64,000 nucleotides of DNA from Pirellulales bacterium (GCA_035532215.1 DATKRK010000278.1:2563-66562); one strand, 5' to 3'; positions 26,133 to 35,164 are shown, counted from the first letter of the stretch. Notes: generated from the sequence alone by a model not told the origin. Translations and numbers: made by a program.

Positions 26133-28739
26133 CTACGCGCTCTCGGCTTCGTAAGACTCCTCGTCGTACTCCTCCTCGTCGCCTTCATACCCATCCTCCT
26201 CGTCGTCGCCGTCTTCTTCGTCCTCGTCCTGATTATATTCGTCTTCGTCCGATTCGTCTTCTTCTTCGTCCGCCGCTTCTTCTTCATCGTCTTCGTCCGC
26301 GGTTTCGCGCTTGGCCGGCGAGGGGAGAATCTTGTTGCGGGCTCGCTTGGGCGGGGCCGGCGCGGCTTCGGCGTTCTGGCCGCTCATCTCTTGCCATTGT
26401 TCCAGCGTGATCAGCACTTCGCGAGCCTGCGAACCGTTGTAGGCGCCTACGATGCCGTCTTCGGCCATGAAGTCGATCAGCCGCGCGCCGCGGCCGTAGC
26501 CGATGCCCAGCGCCCGCTGCAACAGCGAAACGCTGCCGCGGCCTTCGCGAATCACGATGTCGATGGCGGCTTCGTACAACTCGTCGCGATTCTTGAAGCG
26601 GTTCGCGTCGGCCTCGCCCGCCTGGGCGACCTTCAACTGCACCAGTTCCGTGACGAATTCCGGTTCGGTCGTGCCGACGCAATCGACCACGCGGTTGATC
26701 TCTTCGTCGCTGACGTACGTGCCCTGCCCGCGCAGCAGCGTGCTGGTGCCCGGCCACAGGAACAACAAGTCGCCGTTGCCCAACAGCTTGTCGGCCCCCA
26801 TCTCGTCGAGCACCACGCGGCTGTCGGTGCGGCTGGCCACTTGGAACGCGATCCGCGCAGGCAGGTTCGACTTGATCAAGCCGGTGATCACGTCGACCGT
26901 CGGCTTCTGCGTGGCCAGCACCAGGTGGATGCCGACGGCCCGGCTCTTTTGAGCCAGGCGAATAATATGGGTCTCCACCTCCTTGGCGGCCGTCATCATC
27001 AGGTCGGCGATTTCGTCGGCCACGATCACGATATACGGCAAGTGCGTGGGAATATTGTCGCGCTCTTCGTCGCTCTCGGGCTGCAAGCGGTCCATCAACT
27101 CTTCTTCGCCGAGTTGGTTGTAGCTCGAGATATGCCGCACGCCGGCCCGGGCCAGCAGGGCGTAGCGTTCTTCCATCTTGTCGACGGCCCAAGCCAGAAT
27201 CGCTTCGGCCTTCCGCATGTCGGTCACCACCGGGTGCATCAGGTGCGGCAGCGTCTTGTAGGGGCTGAGTTCGACCATCTTGGGGTCGATCATCAGCATC
27301 CGCACTTCGTCGGGCCGCCGCGTCATCAACATCGACACGATGATCGTGTTGAGGCAAACGCTCTTGCCGGTGCCCGTGCGACCGGCGATCAGCAAGTGCG
27401 GCAACGTCGCCAGGTCGGCCACCAGCGGATTGCCCGAGACGTCTTTGCCCAAGTAGATCGGAATCCTCATCTTCTGCGACTTGCCATTGGCCTCTTCGAT
27501 CACCTCGCGCAGCCGAACGAGTTGCCGTTCTTCGTTGGGCACTTCGATGCCGACCGTGTTCTTGCCCGGGATCGGCGCCACGATCCGCACGCTCGGCACG
27601 CGCAGGGCAATGGCCAGGTCGTCGGCCAGGCTGGTGATTTTCGACAGCCGCAAGCCGGCTTCCAATTCGACTTCGAACTGGGCGATGACTGGTCCGGTTT
27701 CGATCTCGACCACTTTGACGTTGAATCCGAAGTTGAGGAACGTCTTTTCCAGAATCTTGGCTTTGCGTCGCACCTCCTTTTCCTGTTCTTCGAAAGCGAA
27801 CGGCTCGCTCTCCATCAGCAACTCGATCGACGGCAGTTCGTAGTCGGTCGATTCCTGCTGCTGGCTCACCGCCGCGTCGAGTTCCTGCATGACTTCTTCG
27901 CGGGCGTCCTTCTTCTTCAAGGGGGGCCGCACGCGCGGCTCGCTGGCCGGCGGTTCGGGGGCAGGCTGCGAATCGGGCGTCGCTGCAGCCACGGCTTTGC
28001 GGTCGGTCTTCTTGGCGACCGCCGCGGTCGGTTCCTCCTTGGCTTCGGTTGATAGGGTTTCCTCGACGATCTTGCCGGAGATGCGAATTTGGGGGCCGGC
28101 GCCGGCTTCGCCGTCGTTCGGCCCGGCCAGATCGGTGCGCGGACGAGTGCGGCGCTTGTCGTAGATACTGCCCACGCCGCCCAGCGCCATGCCGACGCCC
28201 TTGGCCGGACCCGCCACCGCCCAGGCCGAGAGACGCACCAACAGATAATCGGTCGACAACAGCAGCCCGCCCGCCAGTACGCTGACGACCAGAATGTAAG
28301 CCCCCGCCGTGGCGAAGTGCATTTCGAGCAGACCCCGGGCCGCGGCGCCCAAATATCCGCCCGAGCCGATCACCGGCCCCGGCGACCACTCGGGCGCCGC
28401 CAGCGCGGCGAGCGCGGCAAAGCCGGCCAGCGACATCGCCCAGCCGGCCGCGCGCAGCCCGCGCTCGTTGATTTCCTGCCGGCGCAGCAGGGCCGCGGCG
28501 AGCACGGCCAACGACAGAATCAGATAATAGGCCCCCAGTCCGAGCCCTTCGAACAGCACGCGGGCCACGACGGCGCCCACGCGCCCGCAGGCATTGTGGA
28601 TTTCGGTCGCCGGCGGATAGACCAGATTGCTCGGCGGGTCGGCCGGGTCGTAAGTGGCCAGCGCGATCGCCAGAAAGACGGTCAGCGCCAACAGCGTCAG
28701 CGCAGCCAGATCGGCCTTGAGGTTTCGCGATTCGGGCAT
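26133..28739 (-). CDS. ftsK: DNA translocase FtsK with a C-terminal poly-acidic extension
   Basis: N-terminal TM domain. Walker A LLIAGRTGTGKSVCLN, Walker B YIVIVADEIADLMM, RAVGIHLVLATQKP, and a gamma winged helix SVSLLQRALGIGYGRGARLIDFMAEDGIVG. Start taken at ATG 28739 (MPESRNLK). An upstream in-frame start is at 28802. Confidence 0.9.
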   Translation of the reverse strand: MPESRNLKADLAALTLLALTVFLAIALATYDPADPPSNLVYPPATEIHNACGRVGAVVARVLFEGLGLGAYYLILSLAVLAAALLRRQEINERGLRAAGWAMSLAGFAALAALAAPEWSPGPVIGSGGYLGAAARGLLEMHFATAGAYILVVSVLAGGLLLSTDYLLVRLSAWAVAGPAKGVGMALGGVGSIYDKRRTRPRTDLAGPNDGEAGAGPQIRISGKIVEETLSTEAKEEPTAAVAKKTDRKAVAAATPDSQPAPEPPASEPRVRPPLKKKDAREEVMQELDAAVSQQQESTDYELPSIELLMESEPFAFEEQEKEVRRKAKILEKTFLNFGFNVKVVEIETGPVIAQFEVELEAGLRLSKITSLADDLAIALRVPSVRIVAPIPGKNTVGIEVPNEERQLVRLREVIEEANGKSQKMRIPIYLGKDVSGNPLVADLATLPHLLIAGRTGTGKSVCLNTIIVSMLMTRRPDEVRMLMIDPKMVELSPYKTLPHLMHPVVTDMRKAEAILAWAVDKMEERYALLARAGVRHISSYNQLGEEELMDRLQPESDEERDNIPTHLPYIVIVADEIADLMMTAAKEVETHIIRLAQKSRAVGIHLVLATQKPTVDVITGLIKSNLPARIAFQVASRTDSRVVLDEMGADKLLGNGDLLFLWPGTSTLLRGQGTYVSDEEINRVVDCVGTTEPEFVTELVQLKVAQAGEADANRFKNRDELYEAAIDIVIREGRGSVSLLQRALGIGYGRGARLIDFMAEDGIVGAYNGSQAREVLITLEQWQEMSGQNAEAAPAPPKRARNKILPSPAKRETADEDDEEEAADEEEDESDEDEYNQDEDEEDGDDEEDGYEGDEEEYDEESYEAESA

Positions 28740-29068
28740 GGAAAAACCGGTGGTCTCGCGGAGAGACGGCCCGGGCGCCTTGCGGCCGCCCGGACAACCC
28801 AATGGGGCTCATCCATGCCCGACAATCGTCCGTCTACGGTTTGAATCGGCGCCCTCCGCAGGCCGTTGCCAGTTTCGTTTTGGGCGACGTTCAGGTTTGC
28901 CGGCGGGCCGCGGAGTGCATATTCGGCACAGTTGGTATAATTGGCAAACCACGGTCCCCCAAGGGCGGAGGCGCGAGAAAACGCCAGAGTCGCTCCTATG
29001 TTACGCCAATAGGCTCCGGCGATGCGTCGCCACGTTGGGGAACCGGAGACCAAACTAGGTCGCGAACT

Positions 29069-29416
29069 ATGGCTCCAAAGTCTCCAAAGCGTTTGGCAGC
29101 GATCGTGGTTGCCGCGATCATCGCGTTTTACGTGGGCAGCTACGTTCTGCTTTCCCTTGGCGGGCGGTATGAGCCGGCCTCGTTCGGGCTCAGGCGCGTT
29201 GGATGGGGAGTTAAATGGTATGAATGGGCGCCGAGCGGATTTGTCACGAATTTTCGCTGGAGCCACAATCTGATGCGGGTTTACTTCCCGCTCTATATTC
29301 TCGATTGCCGATTTTGGCATCCGTCGGACGAGGCGTTTGACGGCATATATCCGATCAATGAGGTTGCCGACGAAGATGTAGATAAAATCGTGATCGCAAT
29401 CGAGTCCAGCGAGTAA
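29069..29416 (+). CDS. Hypothetical small membrane protein (115 aa)
   Basis: ATG 29069 followed by the TM segment LAAIVVAAIIAFYVGSYVLLSL. An extended -10-like TGGTATAAT sits at 28933..28941 upstream. Confidence 0.5.
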   Translation: MAPKSPKRLAAIVVAAIIAFYVGSYVLLSLGGRYEPASFGLRRVGWGVKWYEWAPSGFVTNFRWSHNLMRVYFPLYILDCRFWHPSDEAFDGIYPINEVADEDVDKIVIAIESSE

Positions 29417-29423
29417 CCCAGGA

Positions 29424-29666
29424 GTTGCCATACGCTCTCAACCCCTGCTCGCGGTTCACGATGTCGAAGCCAGCAGCCGCTGGTATCAGCAATTGCTCGG
29501 CTGCACAAGCGCTCACGGCGGCCCGGAATACGAGCGACTGGAGTTCGACGGCAAGTTGATCCTGCAACTCCACCGCTTCGAGGTCGAGCACCATCACGGG
29601 CCGATCGGCGATCCGGCCGACAAACCTTACGGCAATGGCGTGCTGTTGTCCGTCCAAGTTTGGCCG
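29424..29666 (+). pseudogene. Truncated VOC/glyoxalase-family gene (about 78 codons, no canonical start, C-terminal half missing)
   Basis: Frame open from 29394. VAIRSQPLLAVHDVEASSRWYQQLLGCTSAHGGPEYERLEFDGKLILQLHRFEVEHHHGPIGDPADKPYGNGVLL resembles the first half of small glyoxalase/VOC proteins. There is no ATG/GTG/TTG before the conserved start. Similarity ends where the convergent BlaR1-like gene stops (29667). Confidence 0.5.
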
Positions 29667-32660
29667 TCAGGGAATCGGCCGCACGACGAGGCGGTCGCCT
29701 TCGGCGAAGCAGGTCAAGTCGAGCTCGCCGAGCATCAATTCCAGGGCCGATTTCAACGTGATGCCTCGAATGACGCGCGTCACGGGTGTGTCGGAACCGA
29801 TGCCAGCCTTGGTCAAGGCTTCGTTGTCCAACACGATTTCAATGTCGTGACGCTCCTTGAGGTATTCCACCACGTCGCTCAGCGGCTGCTCGACGAATTC
29901 CAATTCGGTCAACTCGGCGAGCGCCTTGGCTGGGATCGGCGAAAGTTTTTCTCCGGCGGGCAGGATCGGAAGGCTCGGCGGCTCGGGCGAGAGCGGTTTG
30001 GCCCCGATCATCAAGACTTCATGCCGGATGGCCATCGCCAGATCGTATTTGGCGAACAGCCGTTTCAGCGCCTCGCTGAGCGGCCCGCCCCGGTATTGCA
30101 TCGTGATCGGAAGGTCCGCGTTCTTTTTTGCCTTCACGAGCGAGCGGATGTCTAACTGGATTTGGATGTCGTGGCGTTCGCGCAGATACTCCACGACGTC
30201 GCTCAATGGCTGGTCGACGAATTCCAGTTCGGTGTTCTCTTCGAGCGCAGCGAGGATCTTTCGCACATTGGGATTCGTTTGCGGCAGGGCCCGATAAACG
30301 TCGGAATCGGTCAATGACGTGCTTCTGACTCCAACTTGAGCCAGCCGCGGCAGGGCTTTGAGCGGCTCCAGCCGAGGGTCGGCGATCTTCGTGCCGCTCA
30401 AGTCCAGGTTCTCCAAGGCCGTGAGCGGCTTGAGATGAGCCAAGCCGGCATCGGAGATGGCGGTGTCGACCAACCGCAACACCTTGAGCTTCGCGCAGCC
30501 GGCCAGGCTTTTCAGGCCCTCGTCGGTGATCTGCGTGCCGGCCAAGCTCAGGTATTCGAGCCTGGTCAAACCGGCCAGCTTCGCCAGGCCCGCGTCGGTG
30601 ATTCCCGTGTTCCCCAAGTCGAGATAGGCGAGGTTAGTGCGCTTGCTGATCCAATCGGCCGAAGCATCGCCAATTCTCGTATTTCTGACATACAGCGTCG
30701 TCAGCTTTCGTGGTGGGTCGAGCTGCTGTAGTCCGGCGTCGGTGATTTGCGTGCCGTCGAGATCGAGCGATTTCAGTTTCTTCAGGCGGCTCAAATGCTC
30801 CGCTCCGGCGTCGGTGATGGCGTCGCCGCGGAGCGAAAGCCCGGCCAGGTTGGGCAGCTTGCTCAGGCTGGTGAGCCCTGCGTCGGTAATCTTCGTATCG
30901 CTAAAACCGAGGTTCTCCAGCGCGTCCAGCCCGGCCAGGCGTCGGAGCCCGTCGTCATCTACGACCGTAACGTCGAGTTCGAGGCTGCGCAGATTCTTGA
31001 GCAGCGTCAGCCATTGCATGCCGCGGCCCGTGACCTTGGTCTGCGACAAATCGAGGGTTTGGAGCTTGTCGAGCGCAGCGAGGCGAGAAAGCCCTCGATC
31101 GTCGGTGGGCGTAAAGTTCAAACCCAACCATGTGAGATTCTTCAGCCGGCCAACATGGGTCAAACCCGCTTCCGTAAGCTTGTTTCCCCGAAGTTGGACT
31201 CGCTGCAGTTCGGGGAATTGAATCAAGTTTGCCAGCGCGCCGTCGGTATTGGGGCCGCCAGCAAAAGTTGCCGTGACGAATTCGTTTCGCGGGTCTTCGG
31301 CAAATCGCAACCCCGAGGTACGGAATGCTTCCGGGTCGGGCGAGAGCCAGCCGCGCGCCTGGCGGATGGCTTTGAGCGCCGCGGCGCGCGCTTCCAACGA
31401 GGGAGGCGCGTTCGGGGCTTTGGCTTCGCCGGGCGCCTTCTTGGGCGCTGCGGCGCGAGTTTCGTCTGAAGCCGGTTTCGCAGTGGGCGCCGTGTCGTCC
31501 TGCGTCGCTGCCGCTTTGCCGTTTGGCTTTTTCGCAGCCGCGGACTCTGCCGCGCGGACGTGCGGCAGAACCAGTAGTGCCGCGATCGCCAGCGCTGCTA
31601 GCGACGCGGGCGAAAGCCGCAGCGCGGTTTCCGGGCGCGCAGCGAGCAACCGCGAGACGCGCCGCTTCAGCAGCGAAGGCGCACTAAACAAGCCCAGAGC
31701 CGGCTGCGGCGACTCGCCCAAGGCCCAGGCAGCGACCGAAACCAAGGCGCTGCCGCAATCTCGCCCGGCGCAATCGACCGCGGCAAAGGCCGCATCGTCG
31801 CAGGCGTATTCGCGCTGGCGATCGATCGCCCGGTTAGCCAGCCAGACGGCGGGATGAAAGAAGTAAACAATCTGCAACAAGCGCTGCGCGAGCACGACCC
31901 ACAGGTCGCCCCGGCGCACATGGGCCAGTTCGTGCGCCAACACCCAGGCGAGTTGCTCTCGCGGCAGCCGCTCGACCAAACCCGGCGGCGCGACCAGCCG
32001 GGGGCAAAACACGCCCCACACGGCGGGCGATTCGACGGCGGAACTGCCTATAATCGCCACGCGGCGCCGGAGTCCGACGCGCCGGCACAAAGCCGTATAG
32101 TCGAGCGGCAAGGCCGCAGCATCGAGCGCGGGAGCGCCGTCGAAACGCCGCGCCCATTTCGCTTGCTCCCGAAACAGACGCACGAGCAGCACCGCCGCAA
32201 CGCCCGCCCAAAGCAGCATCAGCCAGGCTTCGAATGACAACGAGGCCGCTGACGCCGGCTGTGCGAAAACGCTGTTCGACTCTGCCGCTCGCGGCAGCAG
32301 GTCGGCATGAGCCGTGAGCCAGTCGGCGCTGAGTTCCGGCGGCGCCGGTTCGATCGATTCCGGCATCGTCGCCCGCGGGTTCGCTTTCGCCGCACGATCC
32401 TCGCCCAGCCAGGCCACGGCCCGGCCGAGCGCGTCGCGGGGAGATAGCCAGCCCCAACCGGCCGGCACGGCGACGGCGATCGGCACGGCCAATCGAACGA
32501 GCACCAAGAGAAACAGCAAATAACCGAATTGCGACGAGGCCCGCCGCGCCGTCAGTCGCCACACGAGGCTGGCGACGGCAAACAGCAGCGTTCCTTCGAC
32601 CAGCGCCGCGAGCGCCCAGTCCGACCAACTTTCGGCCCACGAGTTCAGCGCGTCGATCAT
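29667..32660 (-). CDS. BlaR1/M56-family membrane metalloprotease sensor with LRR array and two tandem C-terminal domains
   Basis: HExxH (LAHELAHVRRGD) within an M56-like TM region. An Ala/Pro/Lys-rich linker follows. About 13 leucine-rich repeats (LxxLxLxxTxITDAGLxxL) are encoded at about 30300..31240. Two ~108-aa repeats start TELEFV(D/E)QPLSDVVEYL(R/K)ERHDI. Confidence 0.85.
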   Translation of the reverse strand: MIDALNSWAESWSDWALAALVEGTLLFAVASLVWRLTARRASSQFGYLLFLLVLVRLAVPIAVAVPAGWGWLSPRDALGRAVAWLGEDRAAKANPRATMPESIEPAPPELSADWLTAHADLLPRAAESNSVFAQPASAASLSFEAWLMLLWAGVAAVLLVRLFREQAKWARRFDGAPALDAAALPLDYTALCRRVGLRRRVAIIGSSAVESPAVWGVFCPRLVAPPGLVERLPREQLAWVLAHELAHVRRGDLWVVLAQRLLQIVYFFHPAVWLANRAIDRQREYACDDAAFAAVDCAGRDCGSALVSVAAWALGESPQPALGLFSAPSLLKRRVSRLLAARPETALRLSPASLAALAIAALLVLPHVRAAESAAAKKPNGKAAATQDDTAPTAKPASDETRAAAPKKAPGEAKAPNAPPSLEARAAALKAIRQARGWLSPDPEAFRTSGLRFAEDPRNEFVTATFAGGPNTDGALANLIQFPELQRVQLRGNKLTEAGLTHVGRLKNLTWLGLNFTPTDDRGLSRLAALDKLQTLDLSQTKVTGRGMQWLTLLKNLRSLELDVTVVDDDGLRRLAGLDALENLGFSDTKITDAGLTSLSKLPNLAGLSLRGDAITDAGAEHLSRLKKLKSLDLDGTQITDAGLQQLDPPRKLTTLYVRNTRIGDASADWISKRTNLAYLDLGNTGITDAGLAKLAGLTRLEYLSLAGTQITDEGLKSLAGCAKLKVLRLVDTAISDAGLAHLKPLTALENLDLSGTKIADPRLEPLKALPRLAQVGVRSTSLTDSDVYRALPQTNPNVRKILAALEENTELEFVDQPLSDVVEYLRERHDIQIQLDIRSLVKAKKNADLPITMQYRGGPLSEALKRLFAKYDLAMAIRHEVLMIGAKPLSPEPPSLPILPAGEKLSPIPAKALAELTELEFVEQPLSDVVEYLKERHDIEIVLDNEALTKAGIGSDTPVTRVIRGITLKSALELMLGELDLTCFAEGDRLVVRPIP

Positions 32661-33067
32661 GACCGGCCCTTTCGCGTAGGAGGTTCTTCGTCCTGTCGTT
32701 CGTCGAGCAACGCGCGCAGCTCGGCCAGCTCGTCCGCCGAAAGTTGGCTGCGCTTGACCATGTGGGCCAACAGTGGCCCGACCGTGCCTTCCAGAGCGTT
32801 GTGCAAGAGCGTGTCAGCCGCTTTCTGCAGTGACTGCAGGGCAGGCCGCGTGGGTCGGTAGAGGAAGCTGTTGCCGACCTGCGTGGTTCGCAAATAGCCC
32901 TTTTCCACCAGCCGGCGGAGCAGCGTTTTCACCGTGCTCGGCGCCCAACCGTACTTGCGGCGGGCTTCCTCGCACACCTCGCGGGCCGCGCAGCGTTTGC
33001 GGCGCCAGATGGCGTTCATCACTTTCCATTCCGCCGCCGTCAGCGGCTCAGTACGATCGCCTGGCAT
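32657..33067 (-). CDS. BlaI/MecI/CopY family transcriptional repressor
   Basis: LTAAEWKVMNAIWRRKRCAAREVCEE...WAPSTVKTLLRRLVEKGYL is the winged-helix penicillinase-repressor signature. A 4-nt overlap joins it to the BlaR1-like gene. Confidence 0.85.
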   Translation of the reverse strand: MPGDRTEPLTAAEWKVMNAIWRRKRCAAREVCEEARRKYGWAPSTVKTLLRRLVEKGYLRTTQVGNSFLYRPTRPALQSLQKAADTLLHNALEGTVGPLLAHMVKRSQLSADELAELRALLDERQDEEPPTRKGRS

Positions 33068-33243
33068 GAATTGAAGCTCCTGGAAATGCGCCGCGGTTGC
33101 AGATTATCTACAAAAATAAACGTTTGAATTGCATGTGTCAACAAGTTCTCGAGATAGCCGGCGGCTTCTCGCGAGACGCATCTTACGGCGGATTCTCGCA
33201 CGCCCTCGGAAAAACCGCGGGCGGTTATTGCCGCAGAGGGGAC

Positions 33244-33295
33244 TGTCGTTTTTCGCTCCGCGAAAAAACGCCGTTTCGCGGAGCGAAACGCGACA
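33244..33295. repeat. Palindromic repeat, second copy of the TCGCTCCGCGAAA...TTTCGCGGAGCGA family
   Basis: 22-bp arms with 2 mismatches around an 8-nt loop. Same family as 22345..22398. Confidence 0.6.
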
Positions 33296-33584
33296 ATGAA
33301 CATTCGTTCGCTTTAGCGAAAGGCAACCTCATAGGAAGAAAACGAGAACTGTGTTCAATGCGGCCGCGTTCGAACCGGCCGCCGCCGACCCTAGCAACGC
33401 TCCGCCGCTCCGCTACAATGCTCTCTCGGGGGCGGAATTGTTTCATTGGCAACTCGGCATTCCTCGGACGCCTGGACAGGCTTAGGCTCGCGCCGGCGGG
33501 GAGTGCATGCTTCGCCCCCGCGGTGAAGGCAAGATGTGTGCAGTCGCGATCGCGCGGCGGCACGTCGTTGACCCTAGAAAGAAT

Positions 33585-34700
33585 ATGAACGAGACGCTGG
33601 CCCGGACGCCGCTTTACGATTGGCACGCTTCGCACGGCGGGCGAATGGTCGAGTTCGCCGGCTGGGCGATGCCCGTGCAGTACGACTCGATCACGGCCGA
33701 ACATCTGGCCACCCGCACGGCGGCGGGGTTGTTCGATATCTCGCACATGGGCCGGCTGCGGTTCGACGGCGCCGGCGCCGCCGCGTTTCTCGATCGGCTC
33801 GTCACGCGCCGCATCGCCGATCTCAGGCCCGGACGCATTCGCTACGGCCTGGTGACGAACGAGGCGGGCGGCATTCTCGACGACGTGCTGGTCTATCACC
33901 TGCAGGACGCCGCCGAGAATTCGTATCATCTGCTAGTCGTCAACGCCAGCAATCGGCCGAAGATTCTGGCCTGGCTCGAGCCCCGGCTGGCCGCCGCCGA
34001 GCACGTTCGCCTGACCGACGTCACGCGAGATTGGGCGATGCTGGCCGTGCAAGGCCCGCGGGCGCTGGAACTCGCGCAGGAACTGGTCGACGTCGAACTG
34101 GCGAGCCTGAAGTATTACACCGGCTGCGAAACTCGCATCGCCGGGCACGGGATTGCCGGATATGGGGGCATCGCCAGCCGCACCGGCTACACGGGCGAAG
34201 ACGGCTGCGAGTTGATCGTCGGTTCGCAAGCGGCGCCCGGCGTTTGGCAGCGACTGGTCGATGCGGGCGCCACGCCGGCCGGGCTCGGCTGCCGCGATAC
34301 GCTGCGGCTCGAAGCGGCCATGCCGCTGTACGGCCACGAACTTTCCGAGCAGATCAATCCCTATCAGGCCGGGCTGGCCTTCGCCGTCGATCTGGAAGGC
34401 CGCGAGTTCACCGGCCGAGAGGCCCTGGCCGCGATCGCCGGCGATCCCAAGCTGCCGCGCCGCATCGGTCTTGAACTGGCGGGCAAACGCGTGCCGCGCG
34501 AAGGTTACCCCGTGTTGTTCGAGGGCCGGCGGACGGGCGAAATCACCAGCGGCACGTTCTCGCCGACCTTGGAAAAACCGATCGCCATGGCCTACGTCGA
34601 ACCGGCCGCCGCGGCGCCGGGAACCGAATTGGCCGTCGATATCCGCGGCCGGCAGGAACCGGCCCGCGTCGTCGAGTTGCCTTTCTATAAACGTCGTTGA
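33585..34700 (+). CDS. gcvT: Glycine cleavage system aminomethyltransferase (T protein)
   Basis: MNETLARTPLYDWHASHGGRMVEFAGWAMPVQYDSI..., SRTGYTGEDGCEL, RDTLRLEAAMPLYGHEL. Confidence 0.92.
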   Translation: MNETLARTPLYDWHASHGGRMVEFAGWAMPVQYDSITAEHLATRTAAGLFDISHMGRLRFDGAGAAAFLDRLVTRRIADLRPGRIRYGLVTNEAGGILDDVLVYHLQDAAENSYHLLVVNASNRPKILAWLEPRLAAAEHVRLTDVTRDWAMLAVQGPRALELAQELVDVELASLKYYTGCETRIAGHGIAGYGGIASRTGYTGEDGCELIVGSQAAPGVWQRLVDAGATPAGLGCRDTLRLEAAMPLYGHELSEQINPYQAGLAFAVDLEGREFTGREALAAIAGDPKLPRRIGLELAGKRVPREGYPVLFEGRRTGEITSGTFSPTLEKPIAMAYVEPAAAAPGTELAVDIRGRQEPARVVELPFYKRR

Positions 34701-34765
34701 GCGGCGCCGCGCGGCGCGCGACCAAGCCTTTTATATTTCAAGTTCCGTTTCCAGGAGCCTCGACT

Positions 34766-35164
34766 GTGACGCCCGATGAATTGCTGTTCGCCAAAACTCA
34801 CGAATGGGTTCGCGTCGAAGATGAAGGAGGCGCGAAGATCGCCACGATCGGCGTTTCGGCCTTTGCGCTCGAAGCCCTCACCGACCTGGTCTACATCGAA
34901 CTGCCGGCCGTCGGCCGCCCACTGAAAGCGGGCGAAGCCTTCGGCGAGATCGAATCGGTCAAAGCCGTCAGCGATCTTTACAGCCCGGTCGCCGGCGAGG
35001 TGGTCGCCGTCCACGAAGGGCTGGGCGACAAGCTCGAAACGCTCAACGCCGATCCTTACGGCGAAGGTTGGATGATCAAAGTCCGGCTGGCCGACGAAGC
35101 GGCGCTGAAGAATTTGATGGATTACCCCGCGTACCAAAAGCAGTGCGCCGAAGAGCAGCATTGA
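34766..35164 (+). CDS. gcvH: Glycine cleavage system H protein (lipoyl carrier)
   Basis: GTG 34766 is preceded by AGGAG. LLFAKTHEWVRVE and the lipoyl-lysine motif GEIESVKAVSDLYSPV. Confidence 0.9.
   Translation: MTPDELLFAKTHEWVRVEDEGGAKIATIGVSAFALEALTDLVYIELPAVGRPLKAGEAFGEIESVKAVSDLYSPVAGEVVAVHEGLGDKLETLNADPYGEGWMIKVRLADEAALKNLMDYPAYQKQCAEEQH

Noticed and set aside
33420-33584. Possible glycine riboswitch in the gcvT leader (fragments CTCTCGGGGG, GGACAG, GGGGAG...GGTGAAGGCAAG).
   Set aside because: The pieces are too close together (about 57 nt) and lack the CTCAGGC / CCGAAGG core arrangement of the canonical aptamer. It cannot be supported without a covariance-model search, so it is kept only as a leader-structure finding.
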